From positions 1,459,780 to 1,523,779 of the forward strand of contig CAVONV010000023.1 in NCBI GenBank assembly GCA_963697355.1: 64,000 nt of DNA. The letters are read 5' to 3'. The position numbers and the translations under genes are program-made. Every line of letters starts with the position of its first letter. Within the stretch, counting starts at the first letter, position 1. A model generated the notes under the pieces. That model ran no database searches. It was not told where the DNA came from and worked only from the letters and a program-made list of their open reading frames with translations. The stretch comes from an uncultured Acidobacteriota bacterium (GTDB taxonomy: Bacteria > Acidobacteriota > Vicinamibacteria > Marinacidobacterales > DATDRI01). Below are positions 1-9,074 of this stretch, piece by piece.

Positions 1-2
1 TG

Positions 3-1271
3 ATGGCGGCGGAACGGCTCAAGGAGACCATGGCGAGCTCCGTCGAGACCGAGGGCTATTTCCTGGAGCTGGTGGCCCTGTTCGATTCCATTCCCCGTGC
101 CAATCTGTATTCGGTGGCGATCGGGATCGGCGCCTTTGTGATCGTCCGACAGCTCAAGCGGTATGCGCCCAAAGTCCCCGGGGCGTTGGTGGCCCTGGTG
201 TTGCTGACGGTCATCGTCGCGGTGTTCGACCTAGCTCAAAAGGGTGTCGGTGTGCTCGGTGCGATGCCCTCGGGCCCCCCGGCGTTGACCTTGCCCGCTA
301 TCCCTGCGGCTGACTACCTGAGGCTGCTGCCCAGCGCCCTGGCGATCGTGGCCATTCTTCTCTGCGAAGGTCTCCTCGTGGTCCGCAGCTATAGCAGCAA
401 ATACGGATACAGGGTGGACGGCGATCAGATGTTGTTCGCCTACGGCGCGGCCAACCTCGCGGCCGGCTTCACCGGCTCGCTGGTCACCGGCAACAGCCCC
501 TCCCGTTCGGCGGCGATGGATGCTGCGGGCGCGCGCAGCCAGCTACCCAGCCTGATGGCGGCCGTGACGATCGCGGTGGTGATGCTCTTCTTCACCGACG
601 TGCTGGCATTTCTGCCCAATGCGGCCCTGGCCGGGATCGTCGCCAATGCGGTGTTGTCGCTGATCGAGGTCCACGAGCTCCGCGAGCTGTGGCGGATGCG
701 CCGTTCGGACTTTTGGATCGCCGCCGTCTGTCTTCTCAGCGTGCTGGCCCTGGGTCCGCTGCGCGCTGTGCTCATCGCCTTCCTCCTGTCCACCATCGAC
801 GTCATCCGGCGGGCGTCCCGTCCGGAGACGGCGGCGCTCGAGGAAGCGCCCGACGGCAGCCACTTCGTCCCCGTGGCCGCCGGGCAGGCCTCCGGTTCTT
901 CAGGCCTGCTCATCTATCGATTCGGGGCCCCGCTCTACTTTGCCAACGCGACGCTCTTTCTCGACGAGGTCGAGCGTCTTATAGCCCGGGCGCCCACCCC
1001 AGTCCGCTGGTTCGTGCTGGATGCGGAAGCGATGGTCGACGTGGACACTACCGGCGCGGAAGTCCTGCGGCAGGCGATCACCATGCTGGCCCAACGCGAC
1101 GTCACCTTTGCCGTCAGCCGCGCCGATCGGTCCTTCCGCTCATGGCTGGAGAAATACGAGCTGATGGAGCTGATTGACCCGAGCCGTTTCTACCCGACCA
1201 ATCGACACGCCGCGGCGGCATTTCGAGGGGATGCGGAGAGAGCAGTTCCCGAATCTGACCCCGGCGCCTGA
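3..1271 (+). CDS. SulP-family anion permease, C-terminal part with STAS domain (5' end outside window)
   Basis: ORF is open to the window edge. Several hydrophobic TM segments are followed by a STAS-like tail (LLIYRFGAPLYFANA...VLDAEAMVDVDTTGAE). Confidence 0.85.
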   Translation: MAAERLKETMASSVETEGYFLELVALFDSIPRANLYSVAIGIGAFVIVRQLKRYAPKVPGALVALVLLTVIVAVFDLAQKGVGVLGAMPSGPPALTLPAIPAADYLRLLPSALAIVAILLCEGLLVVRSYSSKYGYRVDGDQMLFAYGAANLAAGFTGSLVTGNSPSRSAAMDAAGARSQLPSLMAAVTIAVVMLFFTDVLAFLPNAALAGIVANAVLSLIEVHELRELWRMRRSDFWIAAVCLLSVLALGPLRAVLIAFLLSTIDVIRRASRPETAALEEAPDGSHFVPVAAGQASGSSGLLIYRFGAPLYFANATLFLDEVERLIARAPTPVRWFVLDAEAMVDVDTTGAEVLRQAITMLAQRDVTFAVSRADRSFRSWLEKYELMELIDPSRFYPTNRHAAAAFRGDAERAVPESDPGA

Positions 1272-1361
1272 GCGTGCGCCCACCAGAGAAACGTCAAGGA
1301 ACGCGGATTATCTCAAAGCCGTTCGGTCAGATACGCTTGAAATCATCGGGATTGAACGGCC

Positions 1362-1650
1362 GTGGTCATCGGGGCCATGCTGGTCGTTCCCCTGACGACC
1401 CCGATCATGGGCTGCGCCGCGGGGCTGGTTGCGGGATGGCGGGGGAAGGTGCTGGCGTCGCTCGGGATCGTGGCCGCGTCGGTCGTCACGGCCGTCGGTC
1501 TGGCGTGGATCTTGGCTTCGTGGACCCCGGCAATGGTTCCGTTGGCGGTGAGCTCCCAGGTCTCGTCGCGATCCTCTCCGACGTTGCTCGACAGGGAAAT
1601 CGCGCTGGTCGCCGGAGCTGCCGGCGTGTACGCCACCATTGATGACCGCG
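1362..1650 (+). pseudogene. DUF389-like membrane protein fragment (central ~95 aa only)
   Basis: VVIGAMLVVPLTTPIMG...SSPTLLDREIALVAGAAGVYA resembles the DUF389 core. No N-terminal part lies upstream, and the frame runs into the 3' end of the convergent regulator gene at 1661. Confidence 0.45.
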
Positions 1651-1660
1651 TCTCCGCATC

Positions 1661-2323
1661 TCAGATGTCGACAATGCCGTGCTTGATGGCAAAATGGATG
1701 AGCTCGGCGCTGTTCTCTATGCCGGTCGACTGCATCATTTCGTACTTGTGGAACTCCACCGTGCGGGTCGAGATCCCGAGAAGGGTCGCTATCTCTTTGG
1801 CGGTCTTTCCCTCGGCCACGAGTTGCAGAATCTCACGCTGGCGCGGCGTGAGCGACGCCAACGGGTCTTTTGATGATTTGGGGTCCTTGCGGATCGATTC
1901 GAGGACCTCTCCGGCCAGTACGGGAGTGATGTACGTCTGACCGCCGAGCGCGGCGCGAATCGCTGTCACCAATTCGTTCGGCGCCGAGTGCTTCAAGACG
2001 AATCCCGCCGCCCCTGCTTGGAGCGCGCGCCGGGCGTAAGCCACCTCTCGGTGCATGGTAAGGAAGACGACTTTGACTCGTGGATCGTTCTTCTTCAACT
2101 GCTCGAGCGCGTCGATCCCGTTCAGATGGGGCATAGTAATGTCGGCCACGATCACGTCCGGACGCAGTTTCTTGGCCTCTTCCACCAGCGCTCGACCATC
2201 CTCGACGATACCCAAGAGGTCGAAATCGGGTGTTAGGAGTTGCTTCAGGCCTTCGGCCACCATACGGTGATCGTCGGCCAACAGGACGCGCGGGCGGTTC
2301 ACGAGAACACCATCGAACGGCAC
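1661..2323 (-). CDS. NarL/LuxR-family two-component response regulator (REC + LuxR HTH)
   Basis: Receiver motifs VLLADDH and DVIVADITMP, followed by LTPRQREILQLVAEGKTAKEIATLLGISTRTVEFHK. Start is GTG at 2323 or 2302. Confidence 0.9.
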   Translation of the reverse strand: MPFDGVLVNRPRVLLADDHRMVAEGLKQLLTPDFDLLGIVEDGRALVEEAKKLRPDVIVADITMPHLNGIDALEQLKKNDPRVKVVFLTMHREVAYARRALQAGAAGFVLKHSAPNELVTAIRAALGGQTYITPVLAGEVLESIRKDPKSSKDPLASLTPRQREILQLVAEGKTAKEIATLLGISTRTVEFHKYEMMQSTGIENSAELIHFAIKHGIVDI

Positions 2324-2494
2324 ATAGCGCTCGCGATCTTAGTCCACCGAACGTCTCGCCACAACTTCGCTCGGCAGGATCTCGTCGATGCGTGTGTGCC
2401 GTTCCGCTCCCCGAGATGGTGGTTGCCAGGACGCCGGGAGCTGGCGATGCGCTCACGAATAAATCGGTCGTCCACTATGGGAAAAGGCACAGCC

Positions 2495-4858
2495 TCAGCG
2501 ACGCCGGCCGCCTCGGCTGCGCCCTCCGCGGTAGCTTCCCGCGCCGGAGCGCGTAGCGCCGCTCGATTTCCATGCGCTGTAATCTTGTGTGCGCTGTGCG
2601 CCCTGGGTGCGCGCTGTGCTGTCACGGTTCAACTGGCTGTATGTCGAGCGGTCGACCTGCTGCCCCTGTGCGCGGGCCTGATTCGCTCGCTCGCTCGCCT
2701 GAGCGGCGCGGTCACTCGCACCCTCGGGGGGCTGCACGTTCGACCACCCGTCGCCACCGTGCTTTTGCCACTGGCCATCTTCGCGGCGGTAGACATTCCC
2801 ATCTTTACCGGCGTAGACGTCGCCGCTTTCTCCGCGCGCCGCAAAGCCGCTCTCGCCGCCGCCCCTGCGGCTTACCGCTGCACCCTGGTCTGTCCGGGTG
2901 GCTCGGGTTGTCGTGCCGGTCGCGCGGTTCGATGCGCGCGAGGTCTGCACCCAGTCGTCACCGCGCTGGACGTAGGACGAGCCCCAGCTTCCGTAGACGT
3001 TCGAGCCCTGCCGCGTTTGGGCGTAGGTGCCGGTGCGTGGATTCCACGCCTGAGCCGCCGCGCCCGCGCCGTAGGGACCATAAGCCGCCGCGCCGCGGGC
3101 ATAAGTACCGGTGCGAGGATTGTAGCGCGCTCCGACTCCGGCGCCGCCGTACGGGCCGTACACCGCTGCGCCGCGACCGTAGGTCCCCGTCCAGGGGTTG
3201 TACCACGCGCTAAATCCGTAGGTGTGCATGTACGGATAGTAGGCCGGGTAGTAGCCCCACCCAACGTAAGGCGGGTAGTACCAACCCGTGCCCCACACCG
3301 CGCAGCCCCAGGCGATCATCAGCCCCGTGTAGCCCGCGACGTAGGCAAAGGTCGCCAGGTCGTCGTTGTCGTCATCGTCCTCGACGACCGTCACGTAGGT
3401 GACGTGGTGCGAGGGTGAGCTCGCCGGTATCTGATAGACCTCCTGCGGTATCGTCGTCGTTACCTCCCAAGGGCCCGTTGCGCTTCGTGACATGAACCAC
3501 ACGCCCTGAAAGCACATGTAGTAAAGGTCCCCGAATTTGATGATGTCCTTGTCGGTGTTCACCGCCCGTTCGAGTGACGTCTTCTCGATGGGCTGGAACG
3601 TCGGGTCGCCCTGGTAGACGACTTCGGGAGCCTTCACCTCCTTCACGTTCACGCGCGCTACCTGGGGTACCTGCGCCAGTAGAACCGCTTCGGCAGCCTG
3701 ATCGCTTCCCGGCACCGAGGCGAGAACCCGCGAGCGCTCGTGCTCGAGTGGGATCTGCTTGAAATCCTCGGGGAGCTTCGGGCGTAGCGAACGTCCACGG
3801 GCCTTCGAGCGTCGCGGATGAGAACCATCGGCCCGCCACCAGGTAGTAGAAGGCACCGTTCTCGCCGAGGCGGAAGAGGTCGCTTTCCGTGTTGCTCACC
3901 CACAAGAGGGCCGTCCCCTTCACGGGCTCGTACTTCGGTGGTCCACTCAGAAGGATGAGCTCCGCGGATTCGAAGCTGACGTACACCCTCGGCGTCGTCT
4001 TTCGCCGAGAGGCTCTTGCCCGGCACGTTCGCCTTCACTTCTTTCCAGTTGTCCTCGGCGGGGAGCTTGCCGAAGCTCTCGGGTAGCTTGCCGGCGGGTG
4101 CCCAGGGTCCCTTGACATCCGATGCCTGGAGCCAGTTCGCGTCCCGTCGCAGGTAGAAGGCTTTGGTGGGCGTGTGCTCGAAGACGTCCCAGTTCGTGTT
4201 GACTGCGAACCTCAAATCGACGTCCTTGATGGGGCTCCAGATCGGCTCGCCGTCGAAGCTGACGAGAAGGGCGGGCGTCGTGCTCGAGTAGATCTGCGGT
4301 GGCTCCGCCTTTACGCCTTCGAGGTTCTTGGGCAGGATCTGGCTCTTGTCCACGCCCTCGAGGACGCGGTCGAGGGACAATATCCGATTCTTGCTCGGGC
4401 ATGGCGTTCTGGAGCTCCGTCGTGAGCTCGCGCACCTTGTCCCGAGCGAGCGTCGGGAAGCTTGCTTCGCTGACCGTCAATTCAGAAAAGTTGACGAGGC
4501 GCTCATCCAAAGTGACTTTGGTTTCCGCCTCCACGGCCACCGTGCCGAGATCCGGTTTCGTTGATTCCTTGTAGGTATAAGAGACCGCCGCCCGGAAGAC
4601 CATGTGCTTCTGCCCGTCCCAACTTTCGACCTGTGGCGCGTACATCACAACGGTTCCGCCGCTCGACGTCTCGAACCACCTTGGCCAGGCTCCGGCGGCA
4701 GGCTGTGTCTCCGCGGCCTGTACTTTGCCTTGCTCTTGCGTCGTCGCGACTAAGGCGGGCTCCATCGCACCGGCGAGCGGCATGGCCGGGGAGAGAATCA
4801 GGCTGAGGGCCGTGGGGAGCGCGACCCAGGAGTTGGCGTTGCGATATTGATTCAGCAT
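2495..4858 (-). pseudogene. Secreted ~790-aa protein with Gly/Tyr/Arg-rich C-terminal repeats, interrupted by three +1 frameshifts
   Basis: Four consecutive ORF pieces (3947..4873, 3658..4380, 3372..3986, 2495..3856) each carry protein-like sequence that continues the previous piece. The first piece has a signal peptide (MLNQYRNANSWVALPTALSLILSPAMPLAGA). The C-terminus has tandem NP(W/R)TGTY(G/A)RGAA.YGPYG units. Confidence 0.7.
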
Positions 4859-5021
4859 CTCAGTACTCCTCAAAAAACGCTCAAGGATTAAGGACCCGAG
4901 AACAGTAGGAAGGCGGGATCATCACACGCCGAGTGACCCAATGCGTTCGCTGTGGGTACCTCAGTGCCGGAAACGGGTCTCATAAGACACCCGAAGGTAG
5001 CACGCACAAACCTAAGAATCC

Positions 5022-5108
5022 AGAGCCGATTGAAAAAACCCAGTCATTTTATCCGCCCTACCTCGTAGTTTTGCGGGTACCGCCCGGCATTCGCGATGAC
5101 GGTCTACC
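5022..5108 (+). repeat. Copy C of a conserved non-coding element (core CCTCGTAGTTTTGCGGGTACCGC, hairpin 5072-5087)
   Basis: Aligns by eye with the reverse complements of 7692-7784 and 9839-9934. Confidence 0.5.
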
Positions 5109-5172
5109 TGGCTACCGCGACAGCCTCGGTCGAATCGAGACCGGTAAGTTATTCTTGGTCGGGCCCTAACGC

Positions 5173-6552
5173 TCACTCCAGCAGCTTGAACAGCACGGCG
5201 GCCAAGAATCCCGCCAGCGTGCTCAGCCCAACCGCGCTCGGCTTTCCGTGGGCTGCCGCCTCGGGGATCATCGCGGCGGCGATCATCGTGAGCATGGCGC
5301 CTGCGGCGACGCCCTCGGCAAACACCAGCCATGTCTCGCTTAGCACGCTGGCGAGCTGAAAGCCGAAGCCTGCTCCGACGGCGGTCGTCACCATCAGCGC
5401 TAACCACATGAGGAAGATCCGCCGTGGCGCCCAACCCCCGGCCAGCATATTGGCCGAGCTCGACAGGGCCTCGGGGAAGTTGGACAGGAACAGCCCAGCC
5501 ACCAGCGTGTAGGGGATGACCTGCGCGAATCTCAGGGTCTCGACCGCGGGGTGAGCCTCGAGCATCATGTAGAGCCCGGCGCCAATGACCAGGCTCTCGG
5601 GGATGCCGTCGAGCAGTATGCCCAACCAGACGGCCAGCGGTGAGCCTTGGTGCTCGGCGTGGGCACGGCGGATCGTGAGGGCCGGCACCTCTGCTCCGAG
5701 TCGAAGGGCCCCGGCGGCCGAGTGGGTCCACTCGACAGCCTCGGTCAGCCGCGTGGTCAGGTGCTGCTCGAGCTGGTCCATGCGCTCGCCCGCCAGGTTG
5801 CGACAGGCCTGGTCGAACTCGGGAGACAGGGCCTTGAGGTGGTCGATATCTTCGCTCTTTAGCGTGAGGCATTTCACCTCGGTCTTCGCCTTCACCGTGC
5901 CCAGGGCCGCCAATCTCGGCACGAAGAGTGCCAGCACGCCGATTAGCGTGCCCGGACCGAAGCTTCCCCCGTGTTTGCCGTCGATCTCGACGTCGATCTC
6001 TCCTTCCAGGACGATGTACGCCTCGGCGGGCTGATGGTCGTGGCTCAAGACGACCTCGTCCTGCTGGAAGGTTGCGGGTCTCAAGACGCTTGCGACCGCC
6101 TCGGCCATTTCGCTGGGCAGCGCGTTGAAAGGCCGCACCTCGAGCACTCCCTTCATCAACTTGCGCATCTGGTCGCGGCGACGAGCCGCGATGTGCGCCA
6201 GCGTGGTGGAGGCCTTGCGCACGTAGCCGCCCTTCTGGTTGACTACGCGGTCCAGCGCCACGAAAAGCAACCCCCCGAGCGCGCCGCCAACAACCATGGC
6301 GAAGAAGTTGGCCTGGGCATGGCCGGAGCCCGCAGCATGGCTCGACTCGGTGAGAGCGAGGGCTGTGGGAGCCACGAGCTCCACGCTGAGTGCGGCGATC
6401 AACGCACCGGCCCCAAATGCCGCAAAGGCCGCGATGGTCCGCTGATGGAAACGCACGTGCAAGCCCACGAGCGACCCGAGCGGTAACGATACAGCGCTCA
6501 CCGCGCCCAAGGTCAGCGCCCAGATGACATAAGTGAGCGTCGCGTCTGTCAT
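5173..6552 (-). CDS. ZIP-family metal transporter with a cyclic-nucleotide-binding domain in the central cytoplasmic loop
   Basis: ZIP-like TM segments at both ends (GILLDGIPESLVIGAG; C-terminal MIPEAAAHG). The middle carries a cNMP-binding-like beta-roll (AYIVLEGEIDVEIDG...FGPGTLIGVLAL). The ATG overlaps the upstream OMP stop (ATGA). Confidence 0.8.
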   Translation of the reverse strand: MTDATLTYVIWALTLGAVSAVSLPLGSLVGLHVRFHQRTIAAFAAFGAGALIAALSVELVAPTALALTESSHAAGSGHAQANFFAMVVGGALGGLLFVALDRVVNQKGGYVRKASTTLAHIAARRRDQMRKLMKGVLEVRPFNALPSEMAEAVASVLRPATFQQDEVVLSHDHQPAEAYIVLEGEIDVEIDGKHGGSFGPGTLIGVLALFVPRLAALGTVKAKTEVKCLTLKSEDIDHLKALSPEFDQACRNLAGERMDQLEQHLTTRLTEAVEWTHSAAGALRLGAEVPALTIRRAHAEHQGSPLAVWLGILLDGIPESLVIGAGLYMMLEAHPAVETLRFAQVIPYTLVAGLFLSNFPEALSSSANMLAGGWAPRRIFLMWLALMVTTAVGAGFGFQLASVLSETWLVFAEGVAAGAMLTMIAAAMIPEAAAHGKPSAVGLSTLAGFLAAVLFKLLE

Positions 6553-7496
6553 AAACCTCCACCCCAAATGAACTGGTAGCCGAAGGTCAAAGCATCGAAG
6601 TCCGCGCCTATCGTGGTGAATGCGCCGCGACTGTAAGCGAGTTTTAGCGAGTGGCGGGGGTTGAGCGGTATCGAGATCGTGGTGCCGAACCTAGAGTTTC
6701 GCTGGAAGTCCTGGTTCAGACTTCCATCCACCGTTGTCCGACCGCCAGTATAGAAATTGGCGTTGAAGGAGACCCACAGGCGTGGCTCGAATGTATACAG
6801 AAGGTGGAATTGGCCCAAGCCGATAGGATTCTGTTCTCGCGTTTTCCCGTTGTAGAAGTCCGTGTTGTCGGTGAAGAGCCAGACGCCTGCGTAGAGCTCG
6901 AGGGTCCATTTCCCGATCGCCTTGGATAGACCGAGCTCCGGTTTGAAAGACCAGCGATTTGCCCCAAGATTGATGATTTTCGAGGGGTCGTATTGTCCGA
7001 GCGGTGGAACGATAACCGCGCTGAATCCAATGTTGGTCTTCTGGTGGTAGCGCGCGAACTCCTTTAGACCCATCGCCGGTGCACCAAGAAGATTCATCCC
7101 GAACCGAATGTAGGGATCGCGTAACCCTGTACGATCGACCTTCGTGAACTCTCCAATGTAGAGGCCTTGGACCGTTCCGCTCGTAAGGGGGAGGCTGATA
7201 CCGATATTTGCAGAGCGGCCTAGCACGCTCAACGAGCGAACGTATGAGAAGGCGGCCGTGTTGACGGTCGCCTCGGCGTCCTCCACCGGAAGCGACGGGT
7301 CGAAGTTCAAGTCACCGCCGGAGAGGTTGTACGTGAAAACGAAAATGTTCACACCGACGGGTGAGACCGAGTAGGCGCCGGGCTCGAGCTGTTGGCCGAG
7401 TCCTGGAAGCGGCAGCCCCAGCACCAGAAGGATCCCCCAGAAGGTCTTCCATGGGTTTGAACGAATCGCTGGTCCAACTTCGGATGTCGTCTTCAT
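6549..7496 (-). CDS. Outer-membrane beta-barrel 'transporter' (MetA-pathway/phenol-degradation-like family)
   Basis: Alternating beta-strand pattern. Resembles the PF13557-type family (NRWSFKPELGLSK...LWVSFNANFYTGGRT). Signal-like WKTFWGILLVLGLPLPGLG. Start taken at MKTTSEV; the longer ORF to 7661 looks like non-coding extension. Confidence 0.75.
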   Translation of the reverse strand: MKTTSEVGPAIRSNPWKTFWGILLVLGLPLPGLGQQLEPGAYSVSPVGVNIFVFTYNLSGGDLNFDPSLPVEDAEATVNTAAFSYVRSLSVLGRSANIGISLPLTSGTVQGLYIGEFTKVDRTGLRDPYIRFGMNLLGAPAMGLKEFARYHQKTNIGFSAVIVPPLGQYDPSKIINLGANRWSFKPELGLSKAIGKWTLELYAGVWLFTDNTDFYNGKTREQNPIGLGQFHLLYTFEPRLWVSFNANFYTGGRTTVDGSLNQDFQRNSRFGTTISIPLNPRHSLKLAYSRGAFTTIGADFDALTFGYQFIWGGGL

Positions 7497-7691
7497 CACT
7501 AGAGGCGAAAATAGCATATCTCGGCGACAGAGGGAAAACCGCAGGGCTTTGTGCAAGCGTTTCTTCGTCGCCTTTCGGGCGCTCGTTGGTGCATGCTGCC
7601 GCAAGCAGCGTGAAAAAGGCAACGATGAACGTACACCATTTACTCGACACGACTCACCCAATACGACATGAAACGTCTTCGCAGATCGTGT

Positions 7692-7784
7692 CCGCGAGGG
7701 TATCGCAGCGACGTTGGATACGGAACTCGTAAAACCACGAGGGGGGAGGGAAAAATTTACGTGGATGGTGTCTTAGATCGCAGA
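7692..7784 (-). repeat. Copy A of the conserved non-coding element (hairpin 7726-7741)
   Basis: Aligns over ~90 nt with 9839-9934. Shared blocks are CGGAACTCGTAAAAC(C/T)ACGAGGG, CCGCGAGG(G/A)TATCGCA and AGATCGCAGA. Confidence 0.6.
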
Positions 7785-7800
7785 CAAACCAACGAAATCC

Positions 7801-8105
7801 GGGAATCTAAGCGCACCGGCGAGATTCATCGCGAACCGAATGAGGCGATCGCGCACCCCCAGCCGCTCGACCTTGGTCAACTCTACGATGAAGATACCCT
7901 GAACCGTTCCCGTCGTGACTGGGCAGCGCGTTGAAAGGCCGCACCTCGAGCACTCCCTTCATCAACTTGCGCATCTGGTCGCGTCGACGAGCCGCGATGT
8001 GCGCCAGCGTGGCGGAGGCCTTGCGGACGTAGCCGCCCTTCTGGTGACCGCGCGCTCCAGCGTCACGAAAAGCCAACCCCCCGAGCACACCGCCGACAAG
8101 CATGG
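7801..8105 (-). pseudogene. Mosaic remnant: OMP-paralog fragment (7801-7915) fused to ZIP-gene fragment (7916-8105)
   Basis: 7801-7915 aligns with 7081-7195 at roughly 75% identity by eye. 7921-8045 matches 6115-6239 at 122/125 positions by eye, then diverges. Confidence 0.7.
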
Positions 8106-8117
8106 CTAGGCCTTCAA

Positions 8118-8150
8118 ACCAACGCCGAGCTCATCCACTTCGCCATGCTC
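8118..8150 (+). pseudogene. Short remnant of a LuxR-type regulator 3' end (NAELIHFAM)
   Basis: AACGCCGAGCTCATCCACTTCGCCAT closely matches the reverse complement of 1690-1716 in the intact regulator (..SAELIHFAI..). Confidence 0.35.
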
Positions 8151-8282
8151 ACACCACTGGCTATTGACGGCGAGCGGACCTATTGGAAAACGCTGAAGTG
8201 GATTGACGAATTAGCCAATTTCGCCCACCGCCACCCACGTGGAAGGGCTACCTCGGCTCCTTCGTTCCCCGCCCGGGCGGAA

Positions 8283-8981
8283 TCACTGTCCGATCTTCTG
8301 GTAATCGTAGTTCTCAACGGTCAGCTCGACTTCCTTGTCAGGATACTCCAGCACCAGGCGCGCTGGGTAGGTCGGCCCCGATGTTATGGGCTGAAAGTCT
8401 CCTCTGAAGCGGACCGGCTTTTCCTCATACGATGTCGCGATCTCGACCCCGCGCATCATATAGTTCTTGGGATCGACCGAAACGCTCATCGTGTCTCCAG
8501 CCCGGAGCACGTTCTTGCCATCGATGACCACCTCGCCTCCCGGCTCAGAAGACACGGCGGCGTTTTTCGCAAAGGCCTCCATCTTGTCGGCAGGTATGTG
8601 AGCGTAGGAAGCGACGAGCTGTCCCAGATTCTGCAGGAGCCCGGCGAACTCGTCTTTCTTCTTCTCGACAACTTTCCCTTTGAGCCGTTCGCCCCGGCGG
8701 CCTGGCCGCCCCTGCTTCGGCTGGGGCGGCTCCTCGGGCGCGGCGCCGATGGGCGTCTTTTCGAGCTTGCCATCGAGGTCGTACCTCACCTGTTCGAGCT
8801 TGACGCTCTTCGACTCACCCTTCATCTTGATCTCGGTGCGGCTCTTCCAGGTGTACTCGCGAAGGGCGGCGGCGTTGTCTTTCTGCGCTTTCGCGAACTC
8901 CTCTTTGTGCTGCCCGATGGCCATCGAGCCCACGTTCATCCAGCAGGCGACAAGACACAGTGCATACCACTTCTTCGACAC
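8283..8981 (-). CDS. Secreted hypothetical protein
   Basis: GTG start after GAGGTGAG. Has an N-terminal signal-like segment (MSKKWYALCLVACWMNVGSMA), no overlapping better ORF, and protein-like composition. Confidence 0.7.
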   Translation of the reverse strand: MSKKWYALCLVACWMNVGSMAIGQHKEEFAKAQKDNAAALREYTWKSRTEIKMKGESKSVKLEQVRYDLDGKLEKTPIGAAPEEPPQPKQGRPGRRGERLKGKVVEKKKDEFAGLLQNLGQLVASYAHIPADKMEAFAKNAAVSSEPGGEVVIDGKNVLRAGDTMSVSVDPKNYMMRGVEIATSYEEKPVRFRGDFQPITSGPTYPARLVLEYPDKEVELTVENYDYQKIGQ

Positions 8982-9074
8982 GACTCACCTCAGCTTCCTG
9001 AGAAATGATTCCCGACGGCCAGCCTCCCATGCCAGCCCATTTCGATGGCACACGGGCTTCGGACAGCGGGCGCG

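Noticed and set aside
1362-1940. 192-aa ORF taken as an intact gene
   Set aside because: Only the first ~95 aa look like a membrane protein (DUF389-like). The rest is antisense to the response-regulator gene. It is treated as a fragment.
2240-3418. 392-aa plus-strand ORF (and 2572..3213) opposite the Gly/Tyr-repeat gene
   Set aside because: It is antisense to a frame with clear protein-like repeats. Its composition (A/R/P/G runs) is typical of GC-driven open frames.
3780-4400. Programmed ribosomal frameshifting in the Gly/Tyr-repeat gene
   Set aside because: Three separate shifts occur in one gene. I could see no slippery heptamer or downstream structure at the junctions. Mutational or base-calling indels are more likely.
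5012-6562. 516-aa ORF on the minus strand, out of frame with the ZIP gene
   Set aside because: The sequence is rich in Arg/Gly/Pro/Ala with no motifs, and it fully overlaps the well-supported ZIP-cNMP frame. It is a typical high-GC shadow ORF.
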